From positions 33,259-97,258 of the forward strand of contig NW_027192202.1 of the NCBI RefSeq assembly GCF_041956535.1: a stretch of DNA of 64,000 nt, read 5' to 3'. The translations under genes and the position numbers were made by a program. Of this stretch, positions 26,140 through 37,772 are shown piece by piece. Every line of letters begins with the position of its first letter. Within the stretch, counting starts at the first letter, position 1. Source of the DNA: Calcarisporiella thermophila CBS 279.70 (Eukaryota; Fungi; Calcarisporiellomycota). The notes beneath the pieces were generated by a model that did not search any database, was not told the DNA's origin, and worked only from the letters and a program-made list of their open reading frames with translations.

Positions 26140-29100
26140 TTAAAGAAGCGCAAGGGTTTCTCGCACGGCTCCCAATACGGGCTCCTCGCATCCTTTAGCG
26201 ATTTTCTCAAGGATTGGCCGAGCCTCCATCAAAAGTGCGGCTTCCTTGTTAGCAGAGGCTTGGGATATCTACATGACACCAAATTAAAGTTAAATCAAGG
26301 TATTGTAATGGATTGGCAGGGTAGGATGCATGCTTACCAAAGTTCCGAGAGCGACCACAGCTCTAAATATGTTTTCTGCATCATTTTCGGTCTTTAAAAA
26401 CTATGCGTATTTCAAGAGAGATATTAATGTAGAAAATGTTTCCTGCAGCAATGGTTTACGGCTCTCATTTACCTCTAATATCAATCCCACAAGTTGTAAA
26501 CCGTTCTCATCTTCTCCCTTCTCACATAAAAGTACAGCAATGCTATTAATAATAAAAAGGCAGAATATGGATCAAATAACTCTACAATGAATTATTAAAG
26601 CCGTTGTGCAATATATACTTTAGATATACCGTAGCAAGTGCGAGGCGCGCATTTTTATTCCCAACTCGAGTCCATGCCTCCGCAATAGTATCCAGAAGCT
26701 TTGCGCATTCTTTGTCCACCAATGGTCGAGTTTCAGGAGCGGCAATCAAGTTAGCAATTCCTCTAAGTGCAAGCATCAAATTTGTCTCTTGCTCCTTAGT
26801 GGCCAGCGGTGCAGCTACCTCTTCAAGACCAGCACCGAGTAGGAAGCCTACTATTGTCTTATCACCATGCTGAAAAGTAGCAGCACATTGTGGGAATTTT
26901 GATACGTATAAGCGAAGGAGATCGAGGGCAGGAAAACGCATTGCGATAGGCCAGCTTGCCATCTTAATTAAAAGAGAGAGGTCTTGGTCAGAGGAGTGTT
27001 GATAGGGAGCATTAAGGTTCTTTAGAATTGAACTGAGAGTGGAAACTTCGGATTCAGTCAGTGCAGCATCCGGCTATCAAAATTTAAATTCCTATGAGTG
27101 TCGAGAGGTGTTCATAGAGTAATATTTTTGATTACTTGAGTATTGCGCAACCCTTCGTTCAGCTGAAGAATCTTCTTCTCGATCAACCCTAAGTTCGCTT
27201 GCAAAAATGTAAGATAAGATTTTTGAGGGATCAAGGGCTGGCGAGATTGTGGTGCGGGAGCCTGTGTAATATTGGATCGATAGCTTGCGGCACCTAGAAA
27301 ACAGATGGATTATTTCACAGAAGCAACAAAGAACAAAAAAGCAAAAGACTCACCTGTAAAAGGATCTCCAAAAGCTTGGGTTGTCGGAGCAGGGCCGCTT
27401 GATCTAGGCGTATATCTTGAGCCTCCTGTGAATGGGTCCATACCACTGCCAGCAGCTGATTGAGGTATAGAAGAGGGTGTATAGCGTGATGCACCTGTAA
27501 AGGGATCGACGAATTCGTTTGAGCCGATCGAAGAGACCTGTGCGTTTTTGATGATGAACTCGGCAACTTGATCAAGATAGGATTGTGGAAGCTCATGTTG
27601 GTGCAAAAAACGTTGTGCGGCCGTGTATGGGTTTTCTATTGCACAAAATCCAAGTATTAGTAAAGATACAAAGGAGCCTATAGAAGATCCGCCAAAAAAT
27701 CTCACCCGTTACGTTGTATGGCAGCTTCAAGTGAGGTATGCCCTCTCCGATATCAATGGAAAACACATAATCATATTCTTTCCCTTCGTAAAGCTGCTTG
27801 CGACTCTCCCCAACCGCATCTACAACCTCTCCAATTTTGTGCCACTGCTTATCATTCATGCTCCACTGTTTATGAACACTTCAAATGTCATTAAGGATTA
27901 CAATGTTGAAAATCAAACCATATTCAGACCTGGTAGGCTTCTACTTTATCTCCTGCACGTACCATTGCCACTTCACCCTCCTTCTTGCCGGGGCGGTTAA
28001 GGGTTTCTGGGAGCTCATCTTTTCTCAGATCTCCCACCTGATTTTTGGGAATGGCAAACGAAGATACTAGCTCATTAAAGCGCTATATAAAGCAATCAAA
28101 TCCAAATTTAGCACCCATGATGAATGGCGCTTATTTACATCAAATAGACCTTGATTTCTTCTGCACTCGCCACTCGCTCATTTGCACGAGTGAATACTCT
28201 AATTATAGAATCGCTACCTCCGCACACTATATCACCGTTTGGCAAAGATGATACGGTCCATACAGAAACACAGGGCTGCAACAAGGTCTGAATGCATTCT
28301 CCATCTGGATTAGGATAAAAGGTTAGCGAGAGAGGTAAAATCGAGTACTCTGAATGCGCACAAACTACCTCTCCAAATGCGTACAGAGCGATCCTCTCCG
28401 CTTGACACGAACTCGCCCGTTGAAAGTACGTTGACTGAATATACAAACGAGGTATGCCCGTGAAGCTCTTGTAAGCACTGTCCATTCAGAGACCATACAC
28501 GTAGAGAACTATTGGAAAGTCACTGAATATGTAAATACAATAGGGGACTGTGCAGTATTTTTAAACAGTACCCATCGTTGCTACAAGAAATGAATCCAAC
28601 CCCAGGCACTATAGCTAGTCCACGTACGCAATCGCTGTGACCATTAAAATCGCGGACATGCTTCCCTTCTCGCCAGAGTTTTATTGTCTTATCAGCGGAG
28701 CCTAGAAAATGCTTTTTGAACAATCCTTGTTTTGACACTCCTAACAAATTTTGCTCACCAGTTAATATCTCAGAATCGCTAAGTGCCAAAACTGCCCATA
28801 CTGCGTGGGTATGCCCAGTAATTGTGTAGGCACATTGCCAATTTTTCCAAACTTTAACCGTGCTATTGATATTGGGAAGGAAAATGTTTAATAGAACGAA
28901 ATGTAATAAAAAATCTAGAAGAGTGGATACGCTACTTATCCCACGAGCCCGAGACGATATGCCCAGAAGGTGAAACTGCTAATGCACAGACATTGTCCTT
29001 GTGCCCAACCAGTGTGTAAATGGGCTCTTGAGAACGCTCTGGGTCAAAGATATTCACAACTTTATCACTACCACCACTAACGATTAAACCCTGATCGTGG

Positions 29101-29406
29101 CCAGGCATTGGAGGAACGTAGGCAAGTGAATTAATGAAATTGGTGTGTCCAAGGAATTGGCGTGTCGATTCGAAGCGACCATTGTTAGTATATTTCCAAC
29201 TTCGAACTGTTTTATCACGCGACGCAGAAAGAATGACCGTATCATTAGGTGCTGTAACCGCACGAACCTTGAACGCAATAGAAAAATGGTTAGATATCAA
29301 GATGTGTTTAGTATTAGTTTAAATAGATAATGCAATGTCAAAAATAGCATACATCCTGTTCATGGCCGGTGAGAATAGCGGAAAGTTGGTATTGATGTTG
29401 GCTCAT
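26140..29406 (-). CDS. DOA1: Doa1/Ufd3 (PLAA) WD40-PFU-PUL Cdc48 cofactor, multi-exon
   Basis: YQLSAILTGHEQDVRAV, WD repeats, YEGKEYDYVFSIDI..LKLPYN..ENPY.AAQRFL (PFU), DPFTG repeats, WP...RFPALDLLRL (PUL). Confidence 0.95.
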
Positions 29407-30050
29407 ATTAATCAATTAATTCCTCTTGCCAGGAATTTGCGCGTATCTAGCTGTAAAGTAGAATAAAAGAGGAATTTGAATTGCAAGTCACGCTTACGTA
29501 CCTTACACGTCTCTCTTTGTATTAATGATACTGAGATGAATTCAATTTTCTAGCCACTTCTCTTTGGACATCTAAATACAAGCATCATAGTCGCTGACAG
29601 TCACCCTGACTAGGGTTGCAAGGATTTTCATCTGCACCTAAATTTGTGAGGCTCTTTAGAGCTGGATATATAGTTTGATAATATTACGCTGAATGAAGGC
29701 CATTTGCAACTATCTTTAGCAATCACTACTGTATGCTTTCAGCCCTACAAATATTACAAGATATTAGCTATTCAAGTAAAATATGAGTGAGTAACTTCTG
29801 TACTAAATAGTTAGCCAATATCACCTCGATCTTAAGGATAGTTAGTAGTTACTATCATCATGATAACTCCACCGTTATAATATTGATAGTCTTTGGTCTT
29901 TCTCCGAATCCAAATTCTGAGCCAGTTAGGCAAACTTTGCCACAACTAATTTCTGTGACTTGTAGTCTGGCTGCTGGTGGCAGATTAAGCCATATGCTAT
30001 TCTCCCGACTCTTTCGCCATTCGTAACATTAATAATTCTATATACCACAT

Positions 30051-31034
30051 ATGTCTTCACAACCATCGCCCGATCCAGTCGATAGAGCACGAATTCTCGT
30101 GATAGGTGACGCGGGAGTAGTAAGTTTTTGGCCGAATTTTATTCTGAAATTGTCATGATTTTATGTTCGTTACCTGTCCCAGGGCAAAAGCAGCCTAATC
30201 CACATGCTATGTCATGAGGAGCCTCTACGTGTCCCCTCACACACCGTAGGATTTCATATTGATGTCAAGGTAACCTTCTTGCTTTTGTTTTTTGTGCCTA
30301 TCTTATCTAAGAGGTGCTAATTCATTAAATTGCTTAGATTTATACACCATCATGGGCGAACTCTCGTCCTATCTTTCTTGAGTTTCTTGAAGTTCCCTCC
30401 AATAGCAAACATCCTCAAACATTACAACTGTTACAACATCAGCAAGTCCATGCGGTCATTTTGGTACATGATTGTTGTAATTCCAGGAGTTATAAGAATC
30501 TGTGGAGATGGATTGAGCGGATCAGTAAATGGGTTGGTGTAAGAGACGTTATGGGAGGACAAGAGAGTGAGTATAAATAGTCTATCCACTCTCCACCAGT
30601 TATCTATGTATAATAATGGCAGCAGTGTTGTACTGACAAAGTGAACTTGTTACTACACTATAGGCGACCTTCGGCTCTCTGTACCGATTTTAGTAGTAGG
30701 AACTAAATCGGATCTTGCAGTACGGCTGCAAGAACTTCAGGGTCGTCTTCGTCGCTGCACTGTAGCAAAAAAATTTGGAGGCGATGCTATTACTCTGTGC
30801 GCAATATCGCCTGGGCATTTCACTCCTTCCGCGGGAGTGACTTATGAGAATATAGTAAAGTTTTTCGATACGGTTGTGGAGCATAGATTCGGTGGTAGTG
30901 GAATGAGGAACGGGGTCGGTCGTATTGAACCCGCTGGCATGAACAGAGGCAAAGGGGGATCTATCCATGGATTTTATGCACATTCGGATTCAGTCGGAGC
31001 GCTGAGCAGCAGTTCCAGGCGGTATCCTCTGTAA
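30051..31034 (+). CDS. Rab-like 3 (RABL3-type) small GTPase, 4 exons (30051-30119, 30183-30269, 30338-30566, 30664-31034)
   Basis: Spliced product RILVIGDAGVGKSSLIHMLC..HTVGFHIDVK..AVILVHDCCNSRSYKNLWRW..VPILVVGTKSD; not captured by the ORF track. Confidence 0.8.
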
Positions 31035-31377
31035 AATTTAATAGAACTGTAAATTTCTGTTCATATGACACTTAAAGATGATTGCTATTGTTATGAAATA
31101 AAAGCATGCTAGAAAAGAATAACAACAAGCGAAAGTTCAGCAATAAATTTGGTCAAGAGAATGGGTTGAATGCCAAAGTATACATGTGAAATGGTAAGGA
31201 ATTCCAAAAATAAAAAAAAAGAATTGAGAAATAAAATATGCAGCACAGTCATAAACAATAATATATATATAAATAAAAGATGCTGAAAAAATTCCAAAGG
31301 AAGCACGCGCTCTGTTTGCTTCCCGCTCTATCTACTACACGAAATGTGAGTGTTGTACCTCACTAAAATTGTCTGGG

Positions 31378-32578
31378 TCATTGTTGATTGAAATTATGGC
31401 TGGTCGCTTGAATTCTTGAGCCAAAAGATGGCAGAGTATTGGTGGTCACTGGCCGCACTTCATGCGATTGTTTCCGTACGCCTAGAGGATTCTTCGAAAA
31501 GCTAAGCCGGATTCCGCCGCGAGTGGAGCATTTCAGAATGGTGCCTTGCAGTTCCATTAGAGCTTGCATCGCATATTCTACGTTCTCGAACTCTACAAAG
31601 CACATAGGAGAGTTCCCTTTCGTGCGGAATGAAAGGCGATGATAACCAGGGCTCCGAGAGAAGAGATGGCGAATTTCCTCCTCGGAGGCGTTGGCCGGAA
31701 GATTGCCAACGTAAAGGGTATTGCAGGGTGGATTTTGATCTGCAGGATTGAGCGAAGGGACTAGCCAAGAAAAAGGATACTGATTTTTTGTGGAGGAGCT
31801 GAGGGGGAAGATGGGTGTGACTGGAGAGGGTGGGAGTGCTAAGGAGTTGCAAGCTGCAATATCATCCTTACCGACACTTTTTCCGAGCTCCAAGGCTCCG
31901 AACCCCTTGGTGATACTCCAAATATCACCTGGCGTAACCGATGGAGTGGAGGTGGGTACTGAACGGGATCTTGGGATGCCATTAAGATCATAAGTATCAG
32001 CTTTCAGACTTCGCCTCTGTTCTGTCCCCGACAAACTAGTCGATATGTAATTTGAGCTCGTCTCCGTAAATATGTCGTAGTTATACTCTGTGGGAGATAG
32101 TAAGTCTGCGGGCAAAGAAAGAGGATTCGGATGTAGGTCATATGAGCTTAAACCCCCTGTGGAAGCCGGAGGGCTGGGAAACGGCAAGTGTTCGCCAGAT
32201 CGCTTGATGTGCAAATTCTTTTTGGCCATTTTAGCTTTGAGTATACTACCCCGTTCTACATCGACTCGTCTCCCACTCAGGATACTAAGGGCTTGAAGTG
32301 CCTCCTGCTGAGTGCGAAACTTTGCAAATCCAATCTTGCCAAATCTCATGGTGAATTGAAGATTAAAAGAGCAAGAAAAATTCCAAACTTACTATTTTCT
32401 CCTGAGCCAATTCATTATCCTTTAGTGACGGCAATTTCAGAATGGCAGCTTCAAATCCCGGACAGAATGTAAACATATTCTGGAATTCCCGCTCCTTCAT
32501 ATCCTCTGGAAAACCCACCACGAATATTGTGGATATTTCCTCAGCGTAGTCAAGAGGCAACGAGAGCGGAAAAGACAT
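31378..32578 (-). CDS. Two-RRM RNA-binding protein (Whi3/Scw1/RBPMS-like)
   Basis: [26 protein letters not shown] and [39 protein letters not shown] motifs. Confidence 0.9.
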
Positions 32579-33261
32579 CAAGGGTCTAGTAGGGAAGATA
32601 AGTCAACACATGGTCCAATTTCAATAGCAAGCTTATCTCTGACCTTGTTAATTTACAATGTCGATGTGAACCTTGCGCTCCAAATTTGCAGACTTGGAGC
32701 GCTTCCTTTTACGCTTTGGAGAAAGCTTTTTAATTGTGGCGAAAATTAGTGTACGTCATAGCCATTCGAACCTAAAATCACTCGATAAAGAAAAATCTGC
32801 ATTTGGTGCTGGTTAAAGTATTCTACAAAGCTTAAAGGGAAAAGGAGGGGCAAGCCAGCGGAATAAGGAAGGGGGGTTATCCACTGCACCTGCCCTGTCT
32901 GGAACAGGAATGAGAGGAGCAATGCCGTTGCAGAGTGTTTATCTCTCAAACTAATTGCACTTGAGCAACCTACTTTATATACTATGAATACCAAGCCTAG
33001 GTTAGGTTATTGAATCGGCGCACGGAATAGAACCGTTTTCTGTCCCTGTCTTTTTGTCCCTAGCTCCTCTCTTTTCACACTAAATTTCAACCACCCCCAA
33101 AAATCCGAAACCACAATCTAACATCCCTTTGCGCCTACAACTCTTCCTCTCAACGCGTTTTTCGCAATTTTTTTTCTTCTTTCTGGGCGATTTCGACTAA
33201 ATCCCATTTCCTTGAAAGCAAGAAACACTTCATCTTCTGATTAGATTATCCGTAGAACAAG

Positions 33262-34233
33262 ATGATGCTCTACAAATTAGTTGTTCTGGGTGATGGGGGT
33301 GTTGGCAAAGTTAGTATTAATCTTGATTGCCCATATTCTGAAATGTCCTTATCTAATTTTTATATCATATTTTTCTCATCCCATTTAGACTGCCTTGACA
33401 ATTCAGGTACGCGCATAGATGCTCTGAATTTATGTTCTATTTTACCTATGGTTAATGTTTTTTTTTATACGGTTTAGCTGTGTTTAAATCATTTCGTTGG
33501 TAAGTATTTAAATTTAGAGATGGATCAATCATCTTGATCAGAGATGTCTAAAATGTCCCTGTTCTTGTTTCCCAAAACCTATTTGGTAAACAGAGGTAAG
33601 CATCCACACCCCTCATCATTCGGAAACGCTTATCTTTTGAGCAGTTGTAACCCATGCTTTTTTTAATTGTTGATTCCAGACATATGATCCAACGATTGAG
33701 GACTCGTACCGTAAACAAGTGGTTATAGATGATCAGCCTTGTGTATTGGAGGTGCTCGACACTGCTGGCCAAGGTAATATTGAATGAGCCCAGACCTATA
33801 GAGCAAACACGGAGGTTGATTCTGTATTTTCCCCCCTTTAATAGAGGAATATACCGCTTTGAGAGATCAATGGATTCGTGACGGCGAGGGCTTTCTTATT
33901 GTTTATTCCATCACCTCTCGCTCCACGTTTGAACGCGTAGAGCGTTTCCGTGATCAAATCTTCCGCGTCAAGGACGTCGACCGTGTTCCCCTGATGCTGG
34001 TTGGAAATAAATGTGATAAGGTAACGGAACGCGAGGTATCTCGTGAAGAAGGATACCACATGGCGCGCCGATTGGGCTGCGAATTTATTGAGACCTCAGC
34101 CAAAACTTGTGTGAATGTAGAGCGATCATTCTACTCTGTCGTTCGCATGATACGTGCTAATCGCGAGGGTGCCAACTTCAATAATCGCACAGCAACCAAA
34201 GAAAAGAAGAAGAAGAAGTGCTTGATTCTATAG
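33262..34233 (+). CDS. RAS2: Ras GTPase, Ras2/RasB type; exons 33262-33309, 33389-33406, 33478-33499, 33594-33595, 33680-33773, 33845-34233
   Basis: [57 protein letters not shown]; polybasic CAAX end KKKKCLIL. Confidence 0.96.
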
Positions 34234-35177
34234 AGTTTTTCCAGTTTCTTATATACGGTTAAATTTCCTTTTTATTATTTTTTGGAAGGAGGAAGAGAAA
34301 GGAAGAGCAGAAAGAAATTAGGAGAAATGAACGGAAAATGAGACTAAAAACGAGTGAAGGAAACGGTAGTTAATATCAGTGGCGATACTTTTTCCATTTT
34401 TTTCTTTCTTTTCTGTTTACTCTTCTTGCTTCTTGTATACCTTCTTTCTTTTTTTTTACAATTTCACATATAACTTTTTTTTTTTACTGCGGTCTATCTT
34501 TATTATTCTTTACTATTGTTATCTTTCTCTTCTATTATTTTTTTTTCTTTTTTCATTTTTTTTTCAACCCAATCCCTTTCTTTATTACTTTTCTCTTTCA
34601 ATTTTTCAACTTCAACCTCCTTATTGCCTTATTTTTCTGCATTCTTTCTTTTTTTTTTCAATCGATCTACTTGTTATGTTCCTTATTATATATGTGCTGG
34701 AAAGGGCGACAAAAATTCTGTTTTATTATACTATGTTTTTTTATCTTTTTTTCATGTTTTCTACACTCTGGTAGTAAAGGAGCCGAGACACACTCCATTA
34801 AATAGGAGATTACTTTGAGCAGCAATCATGCATAGAGGAAGTCCTTTGGGTCAAACTCAGAGCAATTCAGAATTCAATGAGACGCTCCAATTTGGTCAAG
34901 GATAAACAAACAATATGAATTTCTTTCCATATGCGATATCGGAGAGAAAAAAAGCACCGTTTCTCCTATCGATATTTCACCAGCTCAGCTCCCTTCCGTA
35001 CGATGCTTCAATTTCTCCTTTCCTATACCCTGAGTTTTCTTTCATCATAGCCTCTCTCTTCATCGTGAATGAGCATCTAGCATTATCCCGTAAGCAGCCC
35101 AAGTTCATTGACGAATTACCCTCTTGATTCTGCAGTTTAGATTAGTGCTGGGTTGAGCAGGAATCAATTCAGTCATC

Positions 35178-37271
35178 ATGGTAGAAATCAACACTATCCC
35201 TCCTTCCCCACAGACAACATGTTCCCCCTTCACCCCACACCCTCCTACCCCCATCCCGCCAAATCCGGCAGATACTCCACCGAACGAAAAGCGATCATTT
35301 TCTGCATGCTCTGATCTCACGGCGACAGACGAATGTACAGATAAGATTGCGGAGCAACCAGAAACTACAGCGCCGATTGAAAGCGACGCTGATCCAGGTC
35401 ACTCAATACCCTACACGTGGTATGAAGGTCGGATGTATTATGACGACGAACGCATAAAAGTATACCGACGCATATTTCTACTTTTGCTTGAAATGTCATT
35501 GAGCATAGTATATGCACAATTTAGTATCCACTTCCTGTCGATGCAAAGGAAATCGGTAGAATGGAGATAGAACATAAAATCGCAAAGGAGGCATTTATGA
35601 CGTATGTATTCTGCTATATTATTTACTCTTCACTCATTCTGACGTCGCCTATAACGCTGGTATGATGTCCTAGGCCACACTGTGCGCCTATTGCCGAAAT
35701 TCTCGAAAAAGGAGGCCGTGTTCTTGATATTGGGTAAGTTTACGAGGGAGTAATTCAATAATTAATTTATGCATGGGATGTTAAAAACCGCTACAATAAA
35801 AAGATGTGGTGCAGCCAACTGGATCCTTGACATGGCGGAGCTCTATCCGAATGCCAAATTTACCGGCTTCGACATCAGTCCTATTTTTCCCCATGGTATG
35901 GAGCGAGATAATGTCGAATTTGTTTGTGGAAACGCACTGGACGCTTTGCCGTTTCCTGATGGGCATTTTGACTATGTATATCAAAGGAGTATGGTGTTGT
36001 CCTATGGTTTGGAAGACTGGAGCCGGGTCATGAAAGAAGTAGTAAGAATCACCAAGGAAGGTGGTTGGGTCGAACTGGTCGAAACGGATTGGGAATGGAA
36101 AAAAGGAGGCGCCACTTGGGAGACTTTTCTGAGCCCAATGAGTAAGTACACGATTTTGTGCCATCGTAGTTGCAATTTTGTAGGTCTACTCTTTCCTTGG
36201 GAGGTGGCTAAATTATGATTCTTTGCAATTACAGTGAAACACGCACTCAAAACCAAAGGGTTTTACACGTCGGTTGCCCACCATCTAGGACCGCTTCTTA
36301 GAGCCCATCTCTCACCACTCCCTAACCCTAACAGTCCCTCCCCCGATACGCCTGCAATATCCACAAGTTCGATACGTTTTGCCTACAAAAGTGTTCCCGT
36401 TGGCCCTTGGGCAGGCACGCTTTCTCAACTCTCTTTTGTCGACCTATTCTCTTTCTTAAGCGCCGTGCGGCCATTCCTCACTACCATTTTGAACTGGTCA
36501 GGGCAGGAATGGGATGAAATTGTGAGAAGGTGCAAATATGAAGGAGAGAAGTCCCTAGGGTATATAGACTGGTATGTCGCTTTTGGATGTAAACCCGCCC
36601 AGGCCACCATTACATGCAAAGAGAAGAGCGATGAGCGAAACACTCTGGCGGAAGAATGGCTGGAGGCGATCCAATCGGAGGCCATGTCTGAGGAGGCCGA
36701 GCGCATGGAAAATAAAGCGGGCGATGACCTTGATCAACTGATCAAACGATTCCACGCGGAAGAGAGGCAGGCGTGGTGGAACAAAAATGGGGCTGGATTT
36801 AGCGAGTCATTCAGATTGCTGCTCCCCTCCGTCTCCATTAGCTCGCACCTCTCTTCGCTGGCAACTAAAATATACACCAAGGATGATCAGGCGAATAAGG
36901 ATGAGCCTGAGCTGAAGTCATCCAAAGCACTCCGATATTCCACCGTGAGAGCCTTCCTATCTCGGCGGTCGGTGTCAATGCCCTCTCTAAGTAGGATTTT
37001 CTTCTCGCGTCAAAACTCGGCGAAGGTAGACAAGGAGCTTGAGAGGGTGGATTCTGGCATTGCCAAGATAGACAGCATCAACGAAAAGTATGCAGCGGAA
37101 AAGATGCGAAAGAAAACTCGGCGGCCGGTTCCAATCAAGTGGTTTGGCACCTTGAGAAATCGAAAGATATCCCTGACCAACGCCAAAATCGCGAAAACGA
37201 CGGCTGCCGGGGCGGACTCCGCATTGGCTAGCGATTTGCTTAAGGCGAGCGATTCTTCATGTGCTGAGTGA
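35178..37271 (+). CDS. Class I SAM-dependent methyltransferase (LaeA-like family) with C-terminal extension, multi-exon
   Basis: YPLPVDAKE..R, RVLDIGCG...W..DMA..YP...F.G.DISP, LPFPDGHFDYVYQR and K.GGWVELVE motifs. Confidence 0.88.
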
Positions 37272-37772
37272 CACGTATATTCCTAAAAAAAAGGTTTATT
37301 GTAATACTGCGTCTCTGTTGTATGACTATTAAGGTTTTTTAATTGTTTTTAAACACTCGGAAATTCAACCTATGCAAACGACTCTTCATTTGTATATTGA
37401 TTTTTTATTATCTACAGAAAGAAAGTAAAATAATAATAAAAATAATAATAGTAAAGAAACATTCACACTGCTATGACTCTAGTTAAAATATTAATATAAA
37501 AAGGGTGGGAAAAAAGAGCATACGAGTTGCACTATTATGATCAACCGCGCATGAAAGGAGTTGAAGTTATTTTAAAAAGGGGGGGAGAAATTAAATGCTA
37601 TTGTTTTTCAGATTCGCACTAGAGAGAAGAAAAAAAAGGGAAGGAGGAGGGAGAGTGGGAGGCAAGGTAAGGAAAAAAGATAAAAAAAATACAAACTAGG
37701 CAATTAGTAAAGTAAAATTGACAGAAGAAAAATCAAATTGAATTACAAATAAAAAAAAATTGAAAAAAAAGC

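Noticed and set aside
27350-27520. Three DPFTG-x-SRY repeats in DOA1
   Set aside because: A known linker feature of Doa1/PLAA proteins, not novel
34379-34818. Phe/Leu-rich 'membrane protein' ORFs after RAS2
   Set aside because: T-rich low-complexity 3' UTR/intergenic DNA that lacks stops for compositional reasons
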